Shown piece after piece: positions 25,075 through 33,827 of a DNA stretch of 64,000 nucleotides. The notes below the pieces were generated by a model. The model was not told where the DNA came from. It did not search any database and saw only the letters and a list, made by a program, of their open reading frames with translations. The position numbers and the translations under genes are program-made. The stretch lies in the IMG/VR virus record IMGVR_UViG_3300045988_066341; one strand, given 5' to 3'. Position 1 is the first letter of the stretch. The number at the start of each line of letters is the position of its first letter. Source of the DNA: a virus.

Positions 25075-28000
25075 TTAACATTGACCACCAGCTCTTCCAC
25101 TTATATTGATAGAATTACATGGATATCCACGATCAAAAGATATCGTGGCCTTTTTAGTGCCTGATCCAGTAGGTATAGTTACTGTCGTACTCCCGATAGT
25201 AGTTCCTGAGCTTGAGGCTGTTACCGTCAAACTCTTCTGCGTAGTACATTCATTACTATACGTAATCTCGACCTCTACTCTTAGCGCTGAAGTGCCCGAA
25301 GGAGCGCCATTGCAAGGATCACCATCGGCATAAGCGTTGGCTGACCAATTCTTCGTTGGCTCCACGCAATCGCATCTATCGGCCTGCGCCAAGCCATTAG
25401 CGTAAGAGGTGCCGTCTGACTGTAGGTTATTGTCGGCTATCCTATTTGCCTCGTCCTTGGTACAAGCCTCATATTTACCAGCGATTTGCTTATAACTGAT
25501 AGTCTTAGGAGTACAGTTGCTAGGACAGTTCGTGGCCTTGACATTTCCCCATCGGTCATCATTGCCAACCTTAGAAGGGCATGTCTTAGCATTAACAAGA
25601 ATCTGAAGAGCCTCCTTAGCGCTAGAATAAGCATCATAAGCGGCGCTAGACGCATCTTTAGCCGTGCTCCTGCAATATTCTCCGGCAGAAACAACCTTCA
25701 TAGGGCTACTAGGAGCGCATACATCACCACATTCGCCCGAACATCCCTTACATACCTCATTGGTATAGATAGTGTAGTCATATGGATTACAACAATGCTC
25801 ACCGCCATTCTGCCAATATCCCGTAGGATCACACTCGCTAGAATAATGCTCCTCGCTATTACCATTATTACACCTGCTATTATCCATACGGTATGTATTA
25901 TCACATCCGCATCCACAAGATCTTGAATCGGACTCAACCAACTCATCTTGATCTAAGGCTGAAGAACAAGGATTGGTCTGATTCCTACTCCTACGATAAT
26001 CGCATCCACTACAATAATAATTCCAATCATCATAAGATGGGGTATCATCGTCATCTGCGCAATCACCATTCTTGTTAGCGTAAGCCTGAGCGGCGGTCTT
26101 AGTCGCCGTATCATTCTTGAAAGCGTTTTGAACCTTGCTGTCGGCATCCGCCTGAGATACGGTAGATGTCAACGCTGACAATCCTAAGGCACTATAAGGA
26201 ACGGATAGAGCGACACCATGTTTACATGTACCACAATTATCCTTATAGAACGTAGCGCTTCCAGTACCGGTCCACACACAAGTGCCATGCTGGTTAGCGT
26301 AATCCTGTCCTCTCTGGTCTAGGATCTGCTCTGCCTTGCTCCTGGCATCAGCCAAAGAAACCTTGCTGGTGATAGGCGTACCGCCGTTGGCTTGCGTAGA
26401 GGTCACCGTTATTCTCTGACCAACCCCGCTTCCGGCGCAATTGTTCTTATAGAAGTCACGGCTTGCCACGTAAGTCCAAGTACATCCACCGTTCTTATTG
26501 GCGTAGTTCTGTCCATCGGCTCCACGAACAGCATTCTCGGCCTTCTTATTAGCGTCAGCCAAAGATATGTTGGAGGTATACGGATGTCCCGGCAGCCTGT
26601 CGCTACTTACGGATACCATGTCGCCTACGCCGCCATCAGCGCAATTGTTCTTCTGAACCTGACCGGTATAGCTTCCTGTCCAAGTACAAGTGCCCTTCGA
26701 GTTGGCCACGGCCTGACCCTGAGAGTTCACGGCGGCCAATGCCTTGGCGTTAGCGTCAGCTTGGGATACACATGACTTAAACTTACCATCAGAGCTAGGA
26801 CTTGGATCCGTAACATCATTCTGAGTTACGGTAACAGAGCTTCCAACTCCACCATCCGCACATTGACGGGTAAAGGCCTTGGATGCCGTACCAAACCAGA
26901 AACATGTATTATTACCACCAGCTATATACCGCTCTTGATTATCAGGATCAGTATAACAGGTATTGGTGTTACGTTGATGTAACTGAGAGATACAGTCCTT
27001 ACATACAGTCTCTATAGTCTCCCATACCGGTTGCTCGGTCTTCGTATGGCACGTATCATCGTAGTTCTTGTTGACGAACGCCTGACCCATTCTGTCGATA
27101 TAGGCCTTAGCCAAAGCGTCTGCCTCTTCCTGAGAACGGGTTGAGGTGAAGAACTGACCCATAAGATCCGGGGTTACGGTAATAGGATCAGCGTACTGAC
27201 AAGTAGGACATTTAGGAGTGAACTCCTTGCTATAATTACCTACATATATCTTCAGCTCATCACAAGTACCACGATCATTGGCTATAGCCTGACCTTGCGC
27301 CTTGACAGCGGCCTTGGCAAGCTCATCGGCGGCGAACTGGCTCTCATAAGAATAGAACGGACCACCAGTGACATCAGCCTCCGTAACGTTAACAGATGAA
27401 GGTATCAATCCGGATGGACAATTATTCTTCTCGAACACCTCACTATAATGACCGGTGTACTTAGGAGCCTCATGGCAAGTACCACGCTCATCGGCAACCC
27501 TCTGTCCTTGATTCATGACAGCGGCCATAGCCACCAAGTTAGCCTCATCCTGCGATACGCAAGACTGGAACGGATGACCATCGACCATATCCTGTGTCAC
27601 GGTGAACGGATCTCCTATCTGATTAGCTCCACAATTGCTCTTAGTGAACTCGAAGCTAGCCCTACCGGTATACATAGTAGCGTCAGAACAAGTACCCCTG
27701 GTGTTAGCCAAAGCCTGTCCTTGAGCCTGTACGGCGGTCATGGCCATAGCGTCAGCGGCGGTCTGGGAGTCGTTAGACTGGAATGGGTGTCCTTCTACCA
27801 TATCTTGGGAGATCGTCACCTTAGATCCGATCTTACACTCACCACAGTTGTTTCTCGTGAACTCCAAGGAAGCACGGCCGGTGTACGTACAAAGGGCGTG
27901 GATATTGGCAAGGGCCTGTCCTTGGGCGTCAACGGCGGCCTTGGCCTTATTATTGGCATCCTCCTGAGATACGGTAGACGTGAACGGATAACCGTCAACC

Positions 28001-29538
28001 ATCCTATCATTTACCGTATAAGTACCACCAGTGCCAGTACCACAATTGTTACGGGTAAACGTACGTGTATAAGTACCGGTATATACAGGCACCTTCTCGC
28101 ACTTACCTTTCACGTTAGCCACATCCTGACCTTGAGCCTCGACGGCGGCCTTAGCCTTATTGTTGGCGTCTTCCTGAGATACGGTAGACCTGAAATCCCC
28201 TGTCACCATAGTCTCATCCACGGTAACCTTGGTTCCGTACTGAGTCTTATCGCAATTGTTTCTGGTAAATTCCTTGCTATACTTACCGTAGTAGATCGTC
28301 TTCTCCTTACACTCACCTTCTAGGTTGGCTTGTTGCTGGGCGTTAGCCTCAAGATCAGCCTTAGCCTTATCATCAGCGTCCTTCTGGGAGATAATAGAGA
28401 AGTACTTACCAGCGGAAACGACATAAGTATAAGGTTGACCGATATGGAACTCATCACAATTATTTCTCGTGACTGTCTTCTCCATCCTTACGTTATAGTA
28501 TACGTTAGTCTGACAGTCGCCACGCTCGTTGGTGATAGCCTGACCTTGCGCCTCGACAGCGTCCTGCGCCAGCTTGTTGGCGGCATCCTGCGATACCGTA
28601 GAAGTGAACGGATATCCAGAACACATCTTCTCGTCCACAGTGAAGTCAACAGGAGTAGAACCCTCAGGGCAGTTGGTTCTCTGGAATACCTTGGAGTACG
28701 ATCCGGTAAATACCGGTATCTTCTCACAGTTACCCTTGATATTCGCTATATCCTGACCTTGAGCCTCGACAGCAGCCCTTGCTAGGCTATTAGCGTCTTC
28801 CTGAGACACGATGGATCTGAAGTCTCCCGTAACCATCGTCTCGTTAACAACCACATCCGTACCGTATTGGGTGGAATCACAATTGTTACGGGTAAAGGTC
28901 TTGCTAAACTTACCATAATAGATATTCTCCTTAGGCTTACACTCACCCTCCAAATTGGCTTGTTGTTGACCGTTCTTCTCAATGTCCTCAATAGCCTTCC
29001 TATCGGCGTCCTCCTGAGAGATGGAAGATACGTACTTTCCCTCAGGAATGATATAAACATATTCCTGACCGTCACTGAACTTATCGCAATTATTACGTAT
29101 AAACGTCTTTCTCTGCTCCTCGTTATACCAGATATCAGTTATACACTCACCATGCTCGTTGGCGTATTTCTGACCGTTCAGGGCTATATCCTCCATAGCC
29201 TTGGCGTCTGCGTCCTCCTGCGAGATAAACGACTTGTAAGTCCTTTCCTCGACCGTATACAACACCACCGATCCATGCTGGTTGGCCAGACAGTCGTCCT
29301 TAGTGAACGGCTGAACCATCTTGATATTATAATAAACGGGCTTGGCGTCCTGAGCTATCATATACTCCTTGACAATATTACCGTCCTTTGACGTTATACG
29401 GAACTTAGCCGTACAGATCTGACCGGTATAATTAGCCTTGTATACGATATTAAGCTTATTATCGCCTACCCCATGGCTCTTGTCGTTAATGGCAAAGCAA
29501 TTACCCTCGACACAATTCTTATCTATTTCCCTTGCCAT
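25075..29538 (-). CDS. 1487-aa Cys-rich tandem-repeat fibre-like protein with a switchable C-terminal tip
   Basis: About 16 repeats of 68-75 aa, with consensus F[TQ][RK]NNC...VSQ[ED]DAN.KA.AAV.AQGQ..AN..G.C. These are followed by a Cys-dense linker and a 96-aa tip ending GGQC. Confidence 0.8.
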   Translation of the reverse strand: MAREIDKNCVEGNCFAINDKSHGVGDNKLNIVYKANYTGQICTAKFRITSKDGNIVKEYMIAQDAKPVYYNIKMVQPFTKDDCLANQHGSVVLYTVEERTYKSFISQEDADAKAMEDIALNGQKYANEHGECITDIWYNEEQRKTFIRNNCDKFSDGQEYVYIIPEGKYVSSISQEDADRKAIEDIEKNGQQQANLEGECKPKENIYYGKFSKTFTRNNCDSTQYGTDVVVNETMVTGDFRSIVSQEDANSLARAAVEAQGQDIANIKGNCEKIPVFTGSYSKVFQRTNCPEGSTPVDFTVDEKMCSGYPFTSTVSQDAANKLAQDAVEAQGQAITNERGDCQTNVYYNVRMEKTVTRNNCDEFHIGQPYTYVVSAGKYFSIISQKDADDKAKADLEANAQQQANLEGECKEKTIYYGKYSKEFTRNNCDKTQYGTKVTVDETMVTGDFRSTVSQEDANNKAKAAVEAQGQDVANVKGKCEKVPVYTGTYTRTFTRNNCGTGTGGTYTVNDRMVDGYPFTSTVSQEDANNKAKAAVDAQGQALANIHALCTYTGRASLEFTRNNCGECKIGSKVTISQDMVEGHPFQSNDSQTAADAMAMTAVQAQGQALANTRGTCSDATMYTGRASFEFTKSNCGANQIGDPFTVTQDMVDGHPFQSCVSQDEANLVAMAAVMNQGQRVADERGTCHEAPKYTGHYSEVFEKNNCPSGLIPSSVNVTEADVTGGPFYSYESQFAADELAKAAVKAQGQAIANDRGTCDELKIYVGNYSKEFTPKCPTCQYADPITVTPDLMGQFFTSTRSQEEADALAKAYIDRMGQAFVNKNYDDTCHTKTEQPVWETIETVCKDCISQLHQRNTNTCYTDPDNQERYIAGGNNTCFWFGTASKAFTRQCADGGVGSSVTVTQNDVTDPSPSSDGKFKSCVSQADANAKALAAVNSQGQAVANSKGTCTWTGSYTGQVQKNNCADGGVGDMVSVSSDRLPGHPYTSNISLADANKKAENAVRGADGQNYANKNGGCTWTYVASRDFYKNNCAGSGVGQRITVTSTQANGGTPITSKVSLADARSKAEQILDQRGQDYANQHGTCVWTGTGSATFYKDNCGTCKHGVALSVPYSALGLSALTSTVSQADADSKVQNAFKNDTATKTAAQAYANKNGDCADDDDTPSYDDWNYYCSGCDYRRSRNQTNPCSSALDQDELVESDSRSCGCGCDNTYRMDNSRCNNGNSEEHYSSECDPTGYWQNGGEHCCNPYDYTIYTNEVCKGCSGECGDVCAPSSPMKVVSAGEYCRSTAKDASSAAYDAYSSAKEALQILVNAKTCPSKVGNDDRWGNVKATNCPSNCTPKTISYKQIAGKYEACTKDEANRIADNNLQSDGTSYANGLAQADRCDCVEPTKNWSANAYADGDPCNGAPSGTSALRVEVEITYSNECTTQKSLTVTASSSGTTIGSTTVTIPTGSGTKKATISFDRGYPCNSINISGRAGGQC
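25366..25461 (-). repeat. expressed-copy inverted repeat of the cassette-switch site
   Basis: Encodes TKDEANRIADNNLQSDGTSYANGLAQADRCDC. The 27-nt core (25382..25408) is identical in all three copies. Confidence 0.9.
25462..29307 (-). repeat. in-frame tandem array of about 16 domain repeats
   Basis: Repeats were delimited by eye from the protein. Repeats 2-4 and 5-7 look like a higher-order triplet duplication. Confidence 0.75.
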
Positions 29539-29539
29539 A

Positions 29540-30346
29540 TTATCCTTCAGTTATTCTCCATGAAACATCATCTCCGGCCTCTACCCTCACGATTTGGGTA
29601 TCACCATCCTTATTAAGCGTCAACCTTTGCGGATCCACGTTGAAGGGTGGTTCCGGTTCCGGCTCACTACCATCACCGCAAGTGCAACATACCAGCTCGA
29701 TATCATACTCGGTATTTGACTTGATATCGATGACAACCTGACCGTTCTCACTAGTTACGTTATCAAAGTCATGATCAAGTATGATATAAGGTATATCATT
29801 AGGCTGTTGATTGATATTAACAACCTTACCGTTCAAGACAAACATCTCATGATGTTGTTCGTTATCCATATTCTTAGGCATAGCTATGACAAAGCTAGCC
29901 TCATACAAATCAGTGGCTCCGGGATCCTCAGGATCGGCATACACTATATATCTGCTATCCTCTTCCGGAACCTTCATGGATAAGCCATTCACGTTCATGG
30001 AGACTATATAAGACTTGCTCACCGAGCCACCAAGGGTAAGACAGGAGGCCTTGACCGAGGCGGAGTTAAGCTTGGCGTTGATGACCGCCGTCCCGCCCTC
30101 CATATCGAACATGATATTGGTCGGATCCACGCTTACCCGCTCCATGCCCTTCTGGGTTATGGTAGCGAGCTTCGTAACCTTGCCTTTCTCGACCGCTACG
30201 TAAGTCTCCCTAGGCAACCTACCCATCCATCCCGGCTCTACCTTAATAGCCACCTTGTCGGGGCCGGTACCGGAAATCTTGTCGTAGGACACCCATGAGG
30301 AGCCTTGCTCGATCTTGGCAAGAATATCTTTTAAATTACTAGCCAT
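29540..30346 (-). CDS. BACON-like domain virion protein, 268 aa
   Basis: SSWVSYDKISGTGPDKVAIKVEPGWMGRLPRETYVAV fits the BACON pattern W...SG.G...V.V......R.A. Confidence 0.55.
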   Translation of the reverse strand: MASNLKDILAKIEQGSSWVSYDKISGTGPDKVAIKVEPGWMGRLPRETYVAVEKGKVTKLATITQKGMERVSVDPTNIMFDMEGGTAVINAKLNSASVKASCLTLGGSVSKSYIVSMNVNGLSMKVPEEDSRYIVYADPEDPGATDLYEASFVIAMPKNMDNEQHHEMFVLNGKVVNINQQPNDIPYIILDHDFDNVTSENGQVVIDIKSNTEYDIELVCCTCGDGSEPEPEPPFNVDPQRLTLNKDGDTQIVRVEAGDDVSWRITEG

Positions 30347-30347
30347 A

Positions 30348-30662
30348 TCAATCCGCTTGCGTTATAGTCCATTTATCACTCTTGCCGACAATAATCTCAA
30401 GGATCTTCTCTCCACCCTCAGGAGGATACTCGAAGTTAGTAGGCTTAATCTCAAATACGCTGGCGCCTCCACAACCAAGATCACAGATCATATCCGGCAA
30501 CCATCCCTCCTCAAAAAACCGTTCTATAAGCTCCCTGACAGCCTCTGAAAAAGAATCAAGCTCTAACCTGTCTACGGGAAGAGATCCCTTCTTGAGGGTC
30601 TCACCACATACCCAGCCGTCACACTCGGAAGCCAAGACCGTATCGTACACTCTTTTAGCCAT
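30348..30662 (-). CDS. hypothetical small protein, 104 aa
   Basis: ORF packed 1 nt from its neighbour. The C-terminal segment looks Ig/BACON-like. Confidence 0.45.
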   Translation of the reverse strand: MAKRVYDTVLASECDGWVCGETLKKGSLPVDRLELDSFSEAVRELIERFFEEGWLPDMICDLGCGGASVFEIKPTNFEYPPEGGEKILEIIVGKSDKWTITQAD

Positions 30663-31071
30663 AACATGAGGTATTTAAAATATTGCTATTCAATGTAGTA
30701 TATACGATATTAACATCAGTGAACTCATCACCCATGCAATATTTCTTCTTAAACTTAACGGACCTGCCAGAAACGACATATCCGTCATTAGGGACGATAG
30801 TACCACAATAGGTAACACTGAGCACATTCAACGGCTCGTATCTTAATCTGACAGCTTGAACGCCCTTGAACGAGTCACGCTGGATGGACGCCGTGGCGCC
30901 AGATACGGCAACCAGCTTCCTTACCAGAGACTCGATTACGTTATTCATGCCATCACCGTTCCTGATATCTGCCTCAGGAAACGACTGGCCGTCATATATG
31001 ATCTGGGAGCTGTAGATACTACATTCGTTCCCCGGTCTATATTCCGGCTTACATGGATTACAATTTCTCAT
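30655..31071 (-). CDS. small Cys-rich protein, family member A
   Basis: The N-terminus MRNCNPCKPEYRPGNECSIYSSQIIYDGQSF...MNNVIESLVRKL shares a motif with 31076..31315, 31309..31710 and 33567..33827. Confidence 0.5.
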   Translation of the reverse strand: MRNCNPCKPEYRPGNECSIYSSQIIYDGQSFPEADIRNGDGMNNVIESLVRKLVAVSGATASIQRDSFKGVQAVRLRYEPLNVLSVTYCGTIVPNDGYVVSGRSVKFKKKYCMGDEFTDVNIVYTTLNSNILNTSCYG

Positions 31072-31075
31072 ATTA

Positions 31076-31315
31076 TCAAATTAATTTATTGATCATTCTT
31101 CTTAACTCGGATATCTCCGCATCCCTATCCCGTATAGCCTTTATCATAGCGTTAAGGACATCAGACATATCACAATTAGGGGACAATCCCAGCGACTCCA
31201 CACGTACCTTATCACCGGGGTAAATACAATCGGTACTCATGTACGTAGAGCACGGTACTTTCGTGTCGTCTACAGTAGGTCTGTATTGTTTTTTGTTGCA
31301 ACCGTTCATCACCAA
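31076..31315 (-). CDS. small Cys-rich protein with C-terminal coiled coil, family member B
   Basis: ...PCSTYMSTDCIYPGDKVRVESLGL...MSDVLNAMIKAIRDRDAEISELRRMINKLI. Confidence 0.5.
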   Translation of the reverse strand: MVMNGCNKKQYRPTVDDTKVPCSTYMSTDCIYPGDKVRVESLGLSPNCDMSDVLNAMIKAIRDRDAEISELRRMINKLI

Positions 31316-31710
31316 ACCTCCTCTTCAGTTCCGCTATCCCCGCCGCTACCACCGGCGTTGACAAGCTCGTTTATAATCCTCTTCAAATCCAGAACCTCAC
31401 GATGGTATAAATCTATCTGCTTATCCCTAGACGCTATAATACGCCTCAATGAGTCTATAACGACAGAAATGTCAGTACCTTTCTCTATGCCATCCGCTAC
31501 CAACTCATCGCCTGAGTACAAGACGCATTTATCATACAAGGTTATAGGACATCCATAACCAACACAAGGTTCGTCCTGACAATCCCGATCGCAAGGATCA
31601 CAAGGATCATCATAACATTTGTTAAGAAACTTATCTATCTTAACGCCATGACAACACTCTTCGGGACGTTCCCGTGAATGATCATGACAACAACCACCTG
31701 AATTACACAT
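31309..31710 (-). CDS. small very Cys-rich protein with coiled coil, family member C
   Basis: MCNSGGCCHDH...CDPCDRDCQDEPCVGYGC...CVLYSGDELVADGI...ISVVIDSLRRII...LDLKRIINELV. A TATCTTTG box lies 24 nt upstream. Confidence 0.55.
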   Translation of the reverse strand: MCNSGGCCHDHSRERPEECCHGVKIDKFLNKCYDDPCDPCDRDCQDEPCVGYGCPITLYDKCVLYSGDELVADGIEKGTDISVVIDSLRRIIASRDKQIDLYHREVLDLKRIINELVNAGGSGGDSGTEEEVW

Positions 31711-31733
31711 ATGAATAATATTAATGTTTTTAG

Positions 31734-31741
31734 CAAAGATA
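31734..31741 (-). promoter_or_regulatory. -7 promoter box (TATCTTTG)
   Basis: 24 nt upstream of ATG 31710. Confidence 0.45.
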
Positions 31742-31853
31742 CTTATTTGGTTTGATTATAAGACAACAAGACGTATGAAACAATAAGAGGTAGAGACCAT
31801 AAGCCCCTACCTCCAAACACTAATCTAACATTATGGAAAACACAAACGCATTC

Positions 31854-32699
31854 TTACCAATAACATTGATCCTCTTGATCAATATTCTCAATCCATTTCT
31901 CGCACTCAAGATTAAGATCAGCGTACTCCTGCCCCTCTACCATCAAAACCTCACGGGCTTTGGCGTTGGCATCCTCTACTGATATCCATGATCTAAACCT
32001 ATTGGCTTTGATAGAATAATATACCCTACCTGATTTATATCCAAACGGACATACCTTCTCAAACCAATCACCGATCGTAGTATTATAGAATACAGGGGAG
32101 CAACTACCTTCGGAGTTAGCCTTCTCCTGACCTTCTTTCATGAACTTCCTATAAGCTAACGTATCAGCATCAATCTGGGATATATCAGATATGACAGCTC
32201 CGGCTGGCAATTCATACACAATACCTTCTTTACCTGATGTCCCGGTCTCACAATCGTTCTTGTAAAACAAGCCACGAAGAGGCTGTGAGGCCCAGTCCTC
32301 GCAGCAAGCCCCAACGGCGTTGGCCTCCCCCTGCCCGATCCTTCCAAGCTCAACCATCGCCTTATCATTGGCGTCTTTCTTGGATACGTATGACACAAAC
32401 CTACCTTTCTCTACACATATCTGTTCCTTGGATCCCTTACCGCTTACGCAATTGTTCTTGATAAACTCATCGCATACCTGATCATTATACCATACAGCCG
32501 GTATTATGTCGGCATATGTGTTGGCGTAATCCTGACCGTTGGCATTGACATCATCCTCAGCCTTACTATCAGCCTCCTCCTGCGTATCGCCAAAATAAAC
32601 ATTGGCCGGGACCCGGTAGTCAACAGAGCCGCCCACGTACCCGGCAGGCGGGTTGTTTTTGGTGAACGTCCGTACTATTTCTTTATTACTGTATATCAT
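31854..32699 (-). CDS. four-repeat paralog of the 1487-aa repeat protein, 281 aa
   Basis: Four copies of the same F.KNNC...S..DA[ND].KA....GQ..AN..G.C repeat. Confidence 0.65.
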   Translation of the reverse strand: MIYSNKEIVRTFTKNNPPAGYVGGSVDYRVPANVYFGDTQEEADSKAEDDVNANGQDYANTYADIIPAVWYNDQVCDEFIKNNCVSGKGSKEQICVEKGRFVSYVSKKDANDKAMVELGRIGQGEANAVGACCEDWASQPLRGLFYKNDCETGTSGKEGIVYELPAGAVISDISQIDADTLAYRKFMKEGQEKANSEGSCSPVFYNTTIGDWFEKVCPFGYKSGRVYYSIKANRFRSWISVEDANAKAREVLMVEGQEYADLNLECEKWIENIDQEDQCYW

Positions 32700-32716
32700 T
32701 ACGATTCACTTTGTTA

Positions 32717-32724
32717 CAAAGATA
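32717..32724 (-). promoter_or_regulatory. -7 promoter box (TATCTTTG)
   Basis: 18 nt upstream of ATG 32699. Confidence 0.5.
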
Positions 32725-32739
32725 CAATTTAAAATCAAA

Positions 32740-33423
32740 TTACAAAGGAAGAGCCTTTTTGCTTCTCAAAACCTTATACAGATAATCCCTTAACTGTTCC
32801 TCGGTAACTATATATCCAAATTCAATCATCTTAGCTATATCAATCTCCAGCTCCATCAACTCCTTAGCCTTGGCCTCCTCGCCAACGGAATTTCTTATCA
32901 TAGTCTCATGAAGACCGTAAACTATTATATTCAAAGATCTAGCTAAATCCTGTATTTTATCTTTAAACCTTGATGAGTCCACGATTTTAGATAAAGCGGA
33001 AGACATTCTCCTATAAGCATCACCAGCCTTATCTCTGTAATCTATAAGTTGATCATGTACAAACTTCAAAACCTGAACCTCAAATCTAGGATTTATCCAC
33101 ATGGCGAATTTTATAAATAACAAAGGATGCATCCATATCTTATCAGGTGTCTTGCCATGTTTTGTAACTCTACCTTTTACTTTTACAAATAACTGATTAT
33201 CACCATTGTCCATTTTTGGACTATGGCTTTCATCATCCTTTAGAGCTTCTAAAAATTCTATGGTTTTAGGACTATCTATAAATACAGAAAACTTTCTTCT
33301 TATGTTATCGGGATTATCATTCCATTGCTTAAGTAAACTGTTGGCATCAAAATAACCATCACTAGTTCTTTGAAAAACGTTAAAATCACCCATTTTTCTT
33401 GTCAAAACATTTACCGTCTTCAT
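32740..33423 (-). CDS. KilA-N domain DNA-binding protein (moron-like), paralog of 7368..8120
   Basis: See 7368..8120. The same conserved block is present, with the same upstream box-plus-inverted-repeat layout. Confidence 0.6.
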   Translation of the reverse strand: MKTVNVLTRKMGDFNVFQRTSDGYFDANSLLKQWNDNPDNIRRKFSVFIDSPKTIEFLEALKDDESHSPKMDNGDNQLFVKVKGRVTKHGKTPDKIWMHPLLFIKFAMWINPRFEVQVLKFVHDQLIDYRDKAGDAYRRMSSALSKIVDSSRFKDKIQDLARSLNIIVYGLHETMIRNSVGEEAKAKELMELEIDIAKMIEFGYIVTEEQLRDYLYKVLRSKKALPL

Positions 33424-33461
33424 TTTTTAATCTAATTTTGAAGTTAATAATTAATTACTTT

Positions 33462-33502
33462 ATGTCCACTCCCTCGTGAGAGTCAGTGGACATACAAAAA
33501 TA
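33462..33502 (-). promoter_or_regulatory. TATTTTTG -7 box abutting a 32-nt interrupted inverted repeat, upstream of KilA-N gene 2
   Basis: The box lies at 33495..33502. The inverted repeat ATGTCCACT...AGTGGACAT (33462..33493) has an inner CTC/GAG stem. Confidence 0.4.
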
Positions 33503-33542
33503 GCCAATCGAAATGATAAACACAAATCGATTGGCTATTTTT
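33496..33542. terminator. 16-bp perfect hairpin, bidirectional terminator after 33567..33827
   Basis: AAAAATAGCCAATCGA, a 15-nt loop, then TCGATTGGCTATTTTT. T-runs are present in both orientations. Confidence 0.6.
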
Positions 33543-33566
33543 AATATCCCAAAATCAGGACATTAA

Positions 33567-33827
33567 TCACCCATTGCAAATCTTATCCTCTAAAGCATAA
33601 AGAACTTTCGCTACGGTCTTATCGCCACTTACCTTCACGCAAGACTCACCAAGATCCCGGACATCTATAGCCTCCCTGATACGGGTAAGCTCGTCATATA
33701 TCTCCTCTATCACGTCGGAGATCATAACGCACTCACCAGAGTCCTTATATTTTGACCACTCTGGGAGATCACCCTCGTAAGGCACGCAAGTGGACGGGGT
33801 TATATGTGAACAACTGTATTTTTTCAT
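33567..33827 (-). CDS. small Cys-rich protein, family member D
   Basis: ...CSHITPSTCVPYEGDLPEW...ISDVIEEIYDELTRIREAI shares the C..Y.GD...[IM][SN].V[IL]..[LMI] pattern. Confidence 0.45.
   Translation of the reverse strand: MKKYSCSHITPSTCVPYEGDLPEWSKYKDSGECVMISDVIEEIYDELTRIREAIDVRDLGESCVKVSGDKTVAKVLYALEDKICNG

Noticed and set aside
23082-25461. A diversity-generating retroelement (TR/VR pair) as the explanation for the repeated fibre segment.
   Set aside because: No reverse transcriptase is in the window. The repeats are inverted rather than direct. The few mismatches are mostly transitions and are not adenine-specific. The variable parts lie outside the repeat and cannot be aligned at the nucleotide level.
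27448-28323. Numerous plus-strand ORFs antisense to long minus-strand genes, for example 27448..28323, 3986..4486, 17996..18250, 12018..12200 and 58699..59118.
   Set aside because: They lie entirely within longer, motif-bearing minus-strand genes. They have low-complexity or repeat-mirrored sequences and no promoter boxes. The Pro/Arg-rich 17996..18250 simply mirrors a GC3-rich island.
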